A DNA stretch of 64,000 nt from Botryllus schlosseri (lineage: Eukaryota), in assembly GCA_051294905.1 (NCBI GenBank), contig CM119371.1:10480001-10544000 (forward strand), given 5' to 3'. Numbering within the stretch: the stretch's first letter is position 1; every line of letters starts with the position of its first letter. A program made the translations under genes and the position numbers. This document shows positions 1-12,821 of this stretch, one piece after another. The notes below the pieces were generated by a model. The model was given only the letters and a program-made list of their open reading frames with translations. It was not told the DNA's origin and ran no database searches.

Positions 1-20
1 CTATGCCACGGATTAACCCA

Positions 21-1172
21 CAGAGATGGGAGGATTTGAAATTTATATGTCCTAATCCAGTGGTTCCCAGCCGGGGGGAATGTTGAAATTTTTAGGGGGG
101 AATCTGGCCGAATTTTGTTAGGGAAAATCTGACTTTAGCATTGTATCAGAATATACATCTTGGGTCACAAGGTTTTCCGATTTTTATGGTATAGAACTGT
201 AAGTAGAGATTAGTTCATTACAATTGTATGTTTCTTTGTCGGATTTCAAGCTAGGCATATGTTTAAATGCCTTCCGTAGCTATTAGGCTACACCCCCTAA
301 TAAAGCGAGGCTCACGAGACCATTTCGTTGGGTCCGCGACAGCCTCTCGACCAAATTGTTACTAAGCAGGATAGCGTGAAGCCGAACTAAGCACAAGGCT
401 GCTAGTGAAATTGTTTAACTTTTTAAGCCAACATATGATTTACCGTAAAAAACATGCCGTACCGAATTCATCGATTCAACTCAAGTCCATAGCAAGCGGA
501 CCTGGTGATTTGTTTTTCGTTTGATTTGATTTGATTTGATTCGTTTACCCGATCGGTCAAAAACTGGTCAAATTAGACTGTACTTTGCCAAATTTTAGTG
601 CGGTCCGCATTCGCCATAGTTCGGACATATCTGAATATGTTTGGCCAATAATTGCTCAGTCAACACATGGTTGCGGGTTAAAAAGCAAAAATTTTTAGTC
701 ACAGGCAACTTTTTCATAGGGAGGAATTTTAGCTCAAATATCGGACAAGGGGGGTACAAGACGAAAAAGGTTGGGACCCACTGTCCTAATCCAATCCAAA
801 TCCGACACTTCAAAGCCTAATCCATAACTTTTGTATATTAAAATCCTAATCCTGATTCTAATCCGACTCAATCTTGGAATTCAACATAGAAACTGAAGGC
901 TACATCGTAATTGCTTATTTAATTCCGCAAAAAGAAATAAAATGCTGAATGGGTGCCAAAGTACCTGAAGTATTAACTTTGCAAACTATGTAAAATGCGT
1001 TGTAGGACGAAAAGCTTTATCGTTGTTTGCTACCGTACATCATTATCTCCGCGAAAATCAGCCAATTCAAACTTGATCCTTTTTCAAAAAATTCTCAAAT
1101 CCTAATCCAATCCAAATCCGACAAAATTTCACCAATCCGGTTTTTCCAAGTCCTAATTTATGCTAATCTCTG
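21..1172. mobile_element. hAT-type MITE, CAGAGATG/ATCCAAATCC family, interrupted by a nested element at 58-783
   Basis: Ends CAGAGATGGG...GCTAATCTCTG and internal (ATCCAA/ATCCTA) repeats match the copies at 32932-33341 and 51013-51439. TSD is degenerate. Confidence 0.7.
58..783. mobile_element. Non-autonomous hAT (Charlie-like) element
   Basis: TIR CAGTGGTTCCCAGCC...GGTTGGGACCCACTG; perfect 8-bp TSD TCCTAATC (50-57, 784-791). Confidence 0.85.
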
Positions 1173-2943
1173 TTTACCACATAGCTGTAAATGCTTATTA
1201 AACATTTTCCAGGCGAGCTTCATTGCACATTGCGTAAGCTTGCGCGTATATTACCATTATTCGAAATATTGATATACGTGCACCATGAAATTATACTAAG
1301 GATTTCACTACCATTTACTGGACAAAGAGAACTGTATAGCACATATCATGTACGGTATTCAGCAATGATTTTTCTGAAATATTTCGTGATGCAAATGCAC
1401 ACCGCGGTTCGGAGGTCATAGTAGGTGACCAGCAGGTCATGTTGCGCGGTAAGCAACACGTTTTGGCACTGATTCTAATTATTTGGCATTGTGTTCGACA
1501 CTGGGAAAGACTATTCCTTAAAGATATGACATAAACATTTCCGATGAAAACCAGCATTTGCAATTGTCGCACAGTACAGTAACTGAATCCCATTCGCATA
1601 TATTGTATAGAACCAGTTACCAAAGAGGCTAGGATACATTGTGCTGGTATATGTTGTAGTTTATGGCCGGTAAAATCATGCATCTCCTGTCTTAAGATTG
1701 CATATATTTAAAGTGGGTATTGGAGATAATATTTGCTCGAGAACTGACTCTATACAGATAAGTTAATTAAGTATTATCACTTTCGCCAGAGGTCGTGCGA
1801 AATCGGTAACATTAACCAAGTGTTGTAGCCGAGGTATTGAAGGCCTATATCCCTGATCACTCAAGCGATCACACGCCGGTAACGCGACCATGCTGTTTTC
1901 CGATCTAGTTATAATCTTGCAAGGTTGATTGATGGTAGTACGCTGTATTCGACCGTTTCTAAATCAGCAGAAACATGGATCTACAAGCCGACAGCGTTTT
2001 GGTGTAGGAAGGTTGTCGTTTAACCAAAATATACGAGCGATCCACTAGAGCCGGCATTTCGTAGTCCGGTTTATTAAGACGAGATTGCTTTGACATTACT
2101 TTAGCAATCAGCATGCAGCTGGTAGCTAAGTGCGTGAGACCGTAGGTATCAGTCGTGTGCACTGCTAGTGTGCATTTTGTTGTATCCTAGGATTTTGCAT
2201 TCCGTAATTATCGAGTTTCTTGAGTCATAGACCGTTTTTTATAGATTGAGTCGGTTTGCATATCATTACGGTCGGTATGCAACAGCATTATTTGCGATCT
2301 TTGTAGCATCACTACCAGGAAATGATATATCGTGTTCAGACAGAATCACCTCTCTCAGTGATACAGCAACTTGTGTTTTTGTTATGCGATACATGAACAT
2401 AGTCTCGTGCTTACATTCTCAAGTCGTTATCTGTATGATTTTCATTTGCAATTTGCAGTTGATGAAGAGCGATGATACATAACTTGGTGAAGGCGAAATA
2501 GCGATGACAATCTCAACTCAATACTCGCGCTAGTTTATCCATGCGAAAGCTGCTGGTATTTCGACTTGAAGATAATCACTGGTCAGTGATCAACTGGTGA
2601 TACATTGATGTTCAAGGTTGTCTGATCTATGTATAATGGTGGACAGTCGTATGGTGCTAGTCTCTTCACTCTATAGGCGTAACAAGAGATTATCATCACA
2701 TCAATTTACACAGTACTCACAGGGCCTACGATATCGTAGGCTCCGGAACTCCATTGTTCAATCAACACTGTGTTGCTGTCTACTTTCATAGCTATCATAG
2801 CATGTAGCTAATCACCCTGCCAAAACTGTGCCTACTTACTTCCGTTACCATATAGTGACAGGCGAACCGAATTACTAATGCAGCTAGTACGGTTTGCCCA
2901 CTCCTATGTGGTATTCTTTGAGATATTCATCAATGATGTATCA

Positions 2944-4669
2944 CAGTGGTTCTCAACCTTTTTGTCTTCGCGGACCCCTTTCGGACCGTCATGGACCTCG
3001 CGGACCCCCAATAAATTTTTGTTCAAATTTAGCTCAAATATCGTGCAATTGTCATCTGTCTCGTGCAAATGATTACTGTAGGCTTAGTGATAAACAGCAA
3101 CAAAATTACTTTTCTTGAAAATAATATCATACATTTCATTAGCGATGGTGTGATCGTGAGGTTCACGTTCTCGTTCTGTGTGTGGATCTCTTAAATTTAG
3201 AGGTTCACGTTCGCAAACGAACCTTGGTGGGTTCTGCACTCTGAACCTTTTTCATATATTACATTTTGTCACATCTTCATAACATCTTTGGTTAAAATTA
3301 CCTGCATTTCAGCTTCGGACCATTCTATGCATGGCGCTGGCAGCATAAAAAAATTAAACAGTAAACGAGCATGCACCTTGCCAATCTCAAAAACTTTACT
3401 GCTTTGTTACAAACGTTCGCTCAAAATAATCAGTTTTCTTTTACTGAATATTTAGCGACTCAAACTCAGACTGTGAGCTTTACCCGCAATCACACAACAT
3501 CAAGAACGAAATACACCACATGTTGGTAGTCAGCGAATGATGCTCATTACACCAATCAATGAAATTAATACATCGTCGTCTAACGTAAACAATCTACCAG
3601 GAGTATCGGATCCCTCTTGCTTTGATATGTTTTTTGTATCAGAAAAACCAAATCCGTGCGATTGGGATGTTGGCTACTGTATATCTTGATGATGTATAGT
3701 GATATCGGTAGCAATTATAGAAACATTTTTATACTCTGCTCAATATCAACGTAGCAATGGTCAGACGCCGAATACATTTTCCGGTCTGGCCTGGACCGTT
3801 AAGGCGTAAGCAGGCTCGTAACAGCACTTCGTCTGCCCCTCAAACGTTGGTCTTGCCCCCCCCCCCCCATAGGGTGATAAACCGTACTTCCGGGGGGCGT
3901 CATAGATGCAAGTTCACGTTGACACAGAATCTTTCAAAAAGGTTCGCGTTTACACGAACCTGAACCTTTCAGGGTTCGCACCATCCATTTATTCATGTAA
4001 AAATTTTGTTGACTTCTATTATTTCAAAGCAAATTCTGCAACTGCAGTTCTTGAAATACGTGGTGTTTCTTGAAAATCCGCTCCTTCGATTTTATATGAA
4101 CTAGTGCCGAAAATACATTTCCACAAATATAGGTGGTGATGAATGTAAAATTAACGCTTAACGCTTCCGACGACACAGTTAGGTATGATCACCACAACTG
4201 TGGCACCAAAATTGACAAATAAATTTATTTAATGAACATATAACGTCAAGCCTGGTCATTTCTATCTAGCAACTGATCTTGAAGTGATTATGGAAAAATG
4301 GTTATGTATATCACATGAGAAAATGGATTTTTGTAAACATTATTAAGTCATCGTGATTGACTTTACTCATCCAACTTTTTTTCCACAATCGCCAGCAAAC
4401 ATGTCTAAACAGCAAAATGTTTGTATCAGTATAGGCTATTGACAATTTAGCAATTTAAATGACTCTGTATAGTAGGATATTTCATCTCAGATGGTTATTC
4501 TGTTGATGGGAGCTCTGGCGTTTTACTAGTAATGAAGCGAAACTGCCTCGTGATTTTCCGAATTAAAAAAATACGAATTAGGTTATCAACTATTTTGAGG
4601 CTTCGCGGACCCCCTGAAAATGCTTCACGGACCCCCAGGGGTCCGCGGACCCCCGGTTGAGAACCGCTG
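2944..4669. mobile_element. Non-autonomous hAT (Charlie-like) element carrying a nested MITE
   Basis: TIR CAGTGGTTCTCAACC...GGTTGAGAACCGCTG; perfect 8-bp TSD ATGTATCA; subterminal CGGACCCC repeats. Confidence 0.88.
3140..3987 (-). mobile_element. TAGGGATGGTGTGAAC-family MITE (inverted copy) nested in the 2944-4669 element
   Basis: Reverse-complement similarity along its length to the copies at 28567-29561 and 54176-55090. TSD is not clean. Confidence 0.7.
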
Positions 4670-6198
4670 ATGTATCATGACAGACGACTGCCGTCACTGC
4701 TCGGTATCCTTTCATCTATGAACACTGAACAGTAGTGTGCTGACATACGAGATATCGAAATTGAATGTCCCTTGCATATTTTCATTGCACAGAACGGAAA
4801 TGAAATGGACAGATTTACTTCGGTTGGTAATCACGATGGTGGCGATCACGTTAAAACACGATTTATGCGGCAAACGCTCCAAATTCGGTTCAGTGACAAA
4901 ATCGCATTCCCATACTTTCTAGTTGAAATTATTAACTTGGGTGTTTGAAAGAACATTCACACATTATGATGTCAATGGCTAATGATTAAATGACCTCTTT
5001 TGAGGTAGTTCTGACATATGATATATAAACCCGTGGATCACATTATAATGTACGACCGGAAACTATCTGCATGCCATATGTTGTCCGCCCCTGGTCTAAT
5101 ATAATAGATTTTCTGATATTAGCGCAAATTCCCTACCTTCGAGTTATTTAGTGAAATGTACCAGACAAACCTAAACCCACAAGTTCTATGACAAGTTACA
5201 TAATGGCAATACAAAGTCCCCGTCAATATCATATTTAAAATCATATTTCCTTGCACCCAATATTGCATGCCTTGGCTTCTTGGACTTTACAATACGTTGA
5301 ATAATCAGAGAAAAGCAGACATGGAGTCCCCTGAATGATTTGCTAAGCTAAATTGTTCAATGATCAACCGCTGTTCTTCATTTCGTTGCAAGGTTTAAAG
5401 TAGGACAGGGGTTGATTTGTGCGGCCGTTATGACACACACACACCTACTCATGCAGGTCGACGATTTTTTGCTCGTTAGAAAAGATTATACTAATGTTCA
5501 TTTGAAGACAAATTAACGGAGTGTAATAATATAATTATCATGAATATATAAGTATTTTCGGTCACAGTGTCTCATCGGTACCATATCTCCCCTACCATAA
5601 AATTGTTCTTACATTCCATGATGATTTTTTTGCTGGTCAGTGTATTTAATGCACGATATATCCATAACATTTGGGGATTAGCCGGCATCCCTTGCAACCC
5701 CCCTCTCATACATCAATGTACTGAGATGACAAAAAGCGCACCATGCACCTGGCCATGGCGCGCATAAGGTTAGCCGTTTCACCAAGCTTGTCGTGTAACA
5801 TACTTGAATACAGCAGCAGGAAACCATTACGAAATGAATTTTCGTTGAGTATATCTTGCAATAAAAAGGATATCTGACAGGAGGAAGGAGAGCAAGTGCA
5901 AAGGCTACATCTGACTACATTACATGAAATTTGTCTTCTAGTCAGCAATAGCTAGAAAATTTAAGATTGTGAGTTTCGATTATCCGACAGTGTTAATTAA
6001 TTATTAAGGTATATATATGGTATCATGGCCTTTCTTATACTAATGAGTTCTCGATTTTAAACTTTGCAGCATTGCTATAGTATTGTAGAAACACATCAGG
6101 TCAGACTGTCAGAAGTCGATATAGTAAATAGTGCATGTTTCGACGCCGGTGGGGTTGGTACACTCGCGTAGAACTAGAGTCAAACCAGTTGTACATAG

Positions 6199-7222
6199 TG
6201 GTGATGGTGTGAACCCCTCAAATTTCTGGTTTGTGTTAACGCAAACCTTTTTGTAAGATTCTACAAAAGGCGAACGCGAACGCGAACCTAAGACTTGACG
6301 TCATAGTGGTAATTCCAATTCTACATCACCGTTAATATATTAATTATTTAATAATATTAATGTTATAATGCATAATTTACCTAGCGAAGGCTCAGGTCAC
6401 ACTATGCCACAATGCTGAAGTAGGCCTACAATCTACATGCTGACTTTTTAAGCATTATCAAATGCGTACCAACGGGACCGCTCAAATGCTATAATAATTC
6501 AATAAAATCAAAATCTACCATCGCTTTGCCAACAATTTCATTGAGGACTTGTAAGTTTTAATATAAAGCTACGTCATAATGGTTTAGACTAGACTGGTAT
6601 AGGTATTCGTAAGGCGTCAGAATATTGCTGTTGATTGCTATCGCTATTGCTATTGATCATAGTGAAAAGTGGTTTCTATATAGGCCTTCTTGTTACAGAT
6701 ACTGCCTCATAAACAGGTTATACATTAACGAACACCCCAATCGGACGGTTATGATATAATAAACATATGAAGATGAATCCCGCACGCCTGCAGATTTTTT
6801 ACAATAGACAACGACCCATTCTTTACATCAACTTCAGTGACCTAAAAATGATTGGTAGAAGAAGCACAATTCGCTGACAACCTGCCTGTAGTCTATTTCA
6901 TTCTTGATGCTGTGTAATTTCGCGTCAAGCGGAAAGCTGATTATTTCGAGCAAACTTTTTCAACAAAGCCAATAACTTTTTTCGTAATTGGCAAGGTGTA
7001 TGTTCGTATAGTGCTGTGAATTTCAAGTGCCATACGGAGATTGGTCCGAAGTTAAAACGCAAACAACTTTCAACACAGATGTCATAATGACAAGAAGAAT
7101 AGTAATATATGAAAAGGTTCACAGTGCAGAACTTACCAAGGTTCCTCTGTAAACGCGAACTCCAAATTTATCAGTTTCGCACACAGAACGCAAGCGTGAA
7201 CCTCACACTCACACCATCTCTA
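6199..7222 (+). mobile_element. TAGGGATGGTGTGAAC-family hAT-type MITE just upstream of methyltransferase copy 1
   Basis: Degenerate TIR TGGTGATGGTGTGAAC...CTCACACCATCTCTA; TSD GTACATAG/GTACATAA. Confidence 0.8.
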
Positions 7223-7398
7223 GTACATAAGTTGACTTCCCCCGTGACCGATGCTGTTATGACGTATGCGTGAATAATCCTCGTTTGTATACTCGAATAT
7301 ACTCAAATCACTCCAGCGCCCGGTTTTGCCCAGTGCCAACTATTCCCACAGTCGTAATATTCTCTATATTCAAAGTTTATTATAATCCTATCGTAGCA

Positions 7399-8256
7399 AT
7401 GTCCGCTCCATCGAAAGTTATACCCGAAGATGCCTTCAACAGGGAGGAAACGGTGCAAAATTACATTCAAAGTAAACCGCGTGCAATGATGGATATTCCG
7501 GTTCGGCTTATCATTGAGCGACTCAGGCAATTAGGGAAAGCAGATCAACGTTCCGGATGCCTCCTTGATGTGGGGTGTGGCAGTGGCAAATCAACCAGAT
7601 TGTTGGCGAAAAACTTCCACCATACGATCGGAGTAGACCCGAGTGCTGCTATGATATCGTATGCCATCGCTTTCGATAAGGACATGGAAGGCATTGAGTT
7701 TAAAGTTGCAAATGCGGAAAAACTGCCAATTGAAGATAGTTCTGTCGACGTGATTACAGCCATGTTTGTTTTACACTACACCGACCTCGCGAAGTTCATT
7801 CCTGAATGCAAAAGAGTGCTAAAACCAGGCGGCATCGCACTATTTTACTGGCAGCAGATATCAAAAATATTGTCTGCCGAAGATGACGCTTTACCCGTGA
7901 TAGACGGACCGGTGAAAATGATGATTCGACAGCTATTGGAAAAGGCGAGAGAAATGTCGCACCCGAGCTTTCACACATATGAGCTTCATCGAACGCAATT
8001 TGACGCAATCAGCTGGGAAAAGAAAAGCAGAGAGATAAATGAGCTGGAATTTGCGCCTGATGCCCTGTTGAATCTTGGCTCATGGTCTCGCTTCTATCAT
8101 AACCTTCCGTTTCTTAAAAAAGTTCGTGAAAGCGGCGTAAATCCACTGAGTGAACTCGTGCAAGCTGTGAAAAATACCTGGTCGATGCAGGATAGGGATT
8201 CCGACGACATCAAAATTAGAGTGGTGTATACGACGGCGATGATTCTTTTGGAATAG
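7399..8256 (+). CDS. Class I SAM-dependent methyltransferase (Methyltransf_11-like), 285 aa, single coding exon
   Basis: ATG at 7399 (MSAPSK, same start as the paralog). Motif I LLDVGCGSG, post-I GVDPSAAMI, motif II AEKLPIEDSSVDVIT, motif III KRVLKPGG. Uninterrupted ORF. Confidence 0.9.
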   Translation: MSAPSKVIPEDAFNREETVQNYIQSKPRAMMDIPVRLIIERLRQLGKADQRSGCLLDVGCGSGKSTRLLAKNFHHTIGVDPSAAMISYAIAFDKDMEGIEFKVANAEKLPIEDSSVDVITAMFVLHYTDLAKFIPECKRVLKPGGIALFYWQQISKILSAEDDALPVIDGPVKMMIRQLLEKAREMSHPSFHTYELHRTQFDAISWEKKSREINELEFAPDALLNLGSWSRFYHNLPFLKKVRESGVNPLSELVQAVKNTWSMQDRDSDDIKIRVVYTTAMILLE

Positions 8257-9656
8257 CAACATGTTAAAACATTCAATGATAAATTGATGATGTCTTGCTC
8301 ATCCCATAGTGTGAAATCATAAAAATGTTGTTTAAAAAGTTACGCTGAAGTGTAATGCGAAGTGTAATGCGTGAAAAGAAATGAATACCTCACCACGAAA
8401 CATTATGTGTCATCATTCAAATAGGTGCGAGACAACATGTAGTTCTCCGTTCCGGCCTGGTTTACAAAGACTTGATTGTACCCTGAAATTGAATATCTTG
8501 ACATTTTTGAAAACAAAAAATAAACTTTGACAAAAGTTTGCCCTCGTGTATGTATACTTGGCGTTTTCGCACATAATAGTAAAACTGTAATCCCCTTTTT
8601 CGTTTCTGGTGTGAACTGTCTGGGCTTGCGAAGTAGCTTTGCTTGTAAAAAGTAACACGCTTCATTTAAATGTTTAAAGAAGACTTGAGTAACGATGAGT
8701 AATTTCATTTATTGCAAAATGCTGGATCAATTCAAATTCCGAGTAACTAGAATAATTGAAATTAGCAGAGCACAACCAGATATGGCTGAAAGTTCAAGTT
8801 CAAGTCGAAGTTCTGACGGTACTGCAAAGCGAGCGAATGAAGTCGTGACTGAATAGCGCAATAAAAACTTTTGTAACGTATTTTGAAACCTCCACCAAGT
8901 CAAATCGTCTGAATATAGTTCGTATTTTGGTATTTTATCCCTTCAGAACGCAATCAGATTGCGATAAGATGAATTCATTGAGACACCTCCGCATTTTCGA
9001 GCAGCACAATGAGATTCAGATGTTATTGAGTTATTTCAAAAATTACTTTCTTCTTCAGGTATTGTGTGTAAACACACACATTTATAGCATTGCAGATAAT
9101 GTGTTGTAATTGTCAGGGTTACGTCATAGAATCATGTTAAAATTTAGACTCAAATGGAACCTTTTACCAAAGATCGTTTTTACCAGAATTAGAAGAACCA
9201 GAGCCTTTCTGGGGTTCGCACCATGACCAAGTTCAGGCGGTCCTATGCGTAGCGAGCGAAATAAGTCGTTTTGGGGACAGCATTTTTCTACCTTTTTTAT
9301 AGCAAACGCTAAGTAAAATATCCTGGTTCTTGTTCGTATTTTGTTATAAATTGAATAGAAATGCGACATTTTTCAGCTCTCTTCTCATGCTGTAAATTGT
9401 TGATGTCTGCATGAAAGGCGTTTTTCCGTTTAGTGCTGGATCACCAAGTACTTCGCTATGTTAGCGAACAGACGGCCTGTCAAACACAAGCATATTACCA
9501 AAGCGTTGCAAAATAAGGACAGTACCAAAATAGTGTTTTTTAGTTGTATAATTATACCATAATTGTGTAAATATTTTTCAAAAAATATGTGGTATGAGCC
9601 TTAAGGACGATTCACACTCGATAGAACCGACGATAACGATATGGAATGGTTTAAAC

Positions 9657-11201
9657 CAGTGATTCCCAAGTGCGGCCCCCAGCTAGCCTTCTTGCGGCCC
9701 CAAAAAATATTAAGAAATCAAGTTATGACAAAAAATTAAATTTATATTTATAAAATACACTAACTTGGCTTGGAGTCTGGAGTTTTTAATTAAGATTGCA
9801 GGAAAGTCGTGAGTAGACTGCTATCGTTACGTCCAGTTGAACGAGCAGTAGCTATAGATATCGGTAAAGACAGGACTGCAACTGCCACACGGGGGGGGGG
9901 GGAAGCTCGAACGGGGCTCAACAGCGTGATTTCATACTGCCAAATATCTGGATTTTTGGGTAGGCTACTCATCCCCAAGAAAAATGCGCAAGATTTATAG
10001 AAATGGGCATTGGGCATATCGGCGTTAGCCTTTACCGCACCACGACGCACCAAGCGAGAAAACCTTGGCCGAGCAGGACTGCCCTTATACTGACCGAAAA
10101 CGTCGTTATATATACAAAATACTGTCTTGGCAATCTTAACCTCACGAGACAAATACCATCCCACAGGAAAAAATATATTCCGGTGAAGAAATATCAATTT
10201 GAAATCGTGTGCGTCTCCTAGTTTAGAAGCCTATACGTTTGTAGGATTCTATGTTTTTTTGATATAGCAGACAGGAGGTCACGAAATAACATGTCAAGGA
10301 ATCATACTAATGGGCCCTTAAGTTTCCAAGACACCTCACTCAGCTCTACCGGTAAATCTGATTACGTGAGCAGCGAGGACAAGAAATTGATAGCAATATA
10401 TATGCAATTCCCGATCATATTGACCGATTATATCATGAATTATCGAAATGTTCGCGCTTCGCGCTGGCTCACTTAACAGTACAACTATAGTTTCGTGGCA
10501 AAAGCGAACAAGGTGATAGGGATAGGTTTATCCCCCTGTGGGAGCCCAAGACCCAAGTTTACTATTTTTTGGGAGGCTGAAGAAGTGCGGGGGGCTGACG
10601 AAGTGTTTTTTCGTTCCTGCCGACGGGTATATACGCCCGAAGATGTTTAATTATTATTGAGGGGCCCCACCTTTTCAAACACACTTCCCTCGGCTCTACC
10701 TGTAAAACTGATTACATGAGCAGAGAGAGGATAAAAATTGATGGCAGTATATAAGCAATTCCAGATCATATTGACCGATTCAATCATGAATTACAGAAAT
10801 GCTCGCGCTTCGCGCGTCTAGGCGATAAAACCAGACTCACTAAATCGCCCCTAAAGCAGCATAATTTGTAGTCCTATAGCTCACGACCGAAGCGTCCGCA
10901 TAATTTGATAGGTCCAGTCTTTATCGAAAGCTAGTTTCACACTGATTACAAAAATGCAAATTGAAATCTCGCCAGGGCAATAAAACTACTCCGAAGGTCG
11001 ACTGTTCTGAACAATGGGAGCGCAGCAACACAATGACCATGACAATGGCCAACGGCGTCAAGTGATTGATTGGAACAATGCCAATTTTCCTATTTTGATG
11101 ACATTTTGGGTCCGTTTAATTGCCCTGGTATTCGTGCGGCCCCGACCGTGGTCTGAAATTCTAAATTTGGCCCTGACACCGAAAAAGTTTGGGAACCACT
11201 G
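9657..11201. mobile_element. Non-autonomous hAT (Charlie-like) element
   Basis: TIR CAGTGATTCCCAA...TTTGGGAACCACTG; perfect 8-bp TSD GTTTAAAC. Its interior (~9890-10830) resembles 16342-17583 in inverted orientation. Confidence 0.85.
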
Positions 11202-11587
11202 GTTTAAACCCTCGAAATAGTCTGATCAACAGCTATAGTACGTAGATATATAGACTATTGGTACGGAATGAATGTTCTGATAATGATGACTGCGACCGTA
11301 AAAATGCTGCATGACGATGTAATCCTGGTTAAGAATATTTTTAGTCCGTATATGAAAGGGTTGGAGGGTTTCGCCAAAGGAGCTATACTTGAATTATATT
11401 TTGAATTGTCAATGCCAATGGACTATGACGGCACAATTGAATATTCGTGAGGTCATCCCCCAAAAAAACGGTAAATAGCATGTTTTGAAGGGCGTTATTT
11501 TAATCATTTTTTTAAAATATAATATTGTTTTAAACGCAACCTTAGGTATTATAACTCCGGCAGCGGATCCGGACAGGAACATCACAG

Positions 11588-12448
11588 CAGTGTTTGGATA
11601 ACATCACTACCTTCGAGTCACAAATCATCTCGAGCCATTGTACTTTTTGACTGGAGTCAATTCAAGTCAAGTCACTTGATTGTCAAAGGTTACTCGAATC
11701 AAGTCAAGTCACTCGATTTTTAGAGGTGACCAGAGTCAAGTCAAGTCAAGTCACAAATCAAGTCAAGTTGGATTTTCAAAGCACGAGACATCAGTAACAG
11801 TCATTTCATTTTGCTGTTTTAAATATAGGTGGAGTGCCCATCTTTTCTGAATTGAAGAACAAATAAACAGTTGATTCTAAACACGATAAAGCGCTGCACT
11901 GCTAAACTACGCAAACAGCATCCTAGTCCCAGTCATTCAAAATGCAAGATAAGTTACGAAACCTCGGAAAGTTTAAAAAAGATGTGAGGGAATACCCTTC
12001 CCTACCCGCCTTCATATCAATGATATACAATTATAAACGTAGAGTGATATTCATGGGATTCAAATCTTACAAGAGGGTTGGTTAGTTTACGATAACGTAA
12101 TCTGTAAGCTGTGATCATAGCGTTTGCGATCAATTTATTTGTGATATAACAATGGAGGCTCCGTAACACACACAATCATTAAAGTGATTGGTTGCTTTCG
12201 CAAGTCCAATCACCGTATTGGTAACAATCCGAACTTTAATAGGATGCAACGATTTAGTCGACTTCGATTACTTGATGAATTGAATTTGACTCGTCAATTT
12301 GTCCCTAGTCACGAGTCGATACGCATTTCTGAAACGTCGAGTCGAATCAAGTCATTTTTGAAAGTGACGCGAGTCAAGTCAAGTCATACGAATAAGATGA
12401 CTCCAGTCTGCTCCTAGTCAAGCCATGACTCGAGTCATCCCAACACTG
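11588..12448. mobile_element. MITE rich in GAGTC/GACTC(GA) repeats (hAT-type)
   Basis: Ends CAGTGTTTGGATAAC...GTCATCCCAACACTG; imperfect TSD CATCACAG/AATCCCAG. Related to 52324-52905. Confidence 0.7.
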
Positions 12449-12540
12449 AATCCCAGCTACTAAAAGTTCGAATACTTTAAACAAAACTCCAATCGAAACA
12501 TGCAGAATGGCGAATCCGTTGAGATGTAGGCTAGCAAAGT

Positions 12541-12821
12541 TTGTTCGTTTGTTTTGAGGTATTCGTGGTGTTTGTCGACTACTATGGTAATCTACAACAG
12601 GCCTATATTATTCATTTTCATTCCGTAACTGCTGACTTATAGCACGGTGCACATCTATGCTTTTTGTAAAACACCGCTTACGCGGATGAGGTGGCAAGGA
12701 GGAGCCTAGATAAACCTCCAACACTTGGGTCTGAGAATTCTGAAGTCGACCTCGGTCGGACTTGAACTCACACCCCAGTGGTATTGCAGCCGCGGATTAT
12801 ACCACTGCTCTATCTCGCCAC
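12541..12821 (-). mobile_element. tRNA-derived SINE
   Basis: Minus-strand head with A-box TAGAGCAGTGG and B-box GAGTTCAAGTCC, an (AAAC)-like tail, and a 14-bp TSD TAGGC(T/G)AGCAAAGT. Second copy at 52295-53165. Confidence 0.8.

Noticed and set aside
7270..7398. 43-aa N-terminal extension of methyltransferase copy 1 in the ORF track
   Set aside because: It starts at GTG and is not open in the paralog. The shared ATG is at 7399.
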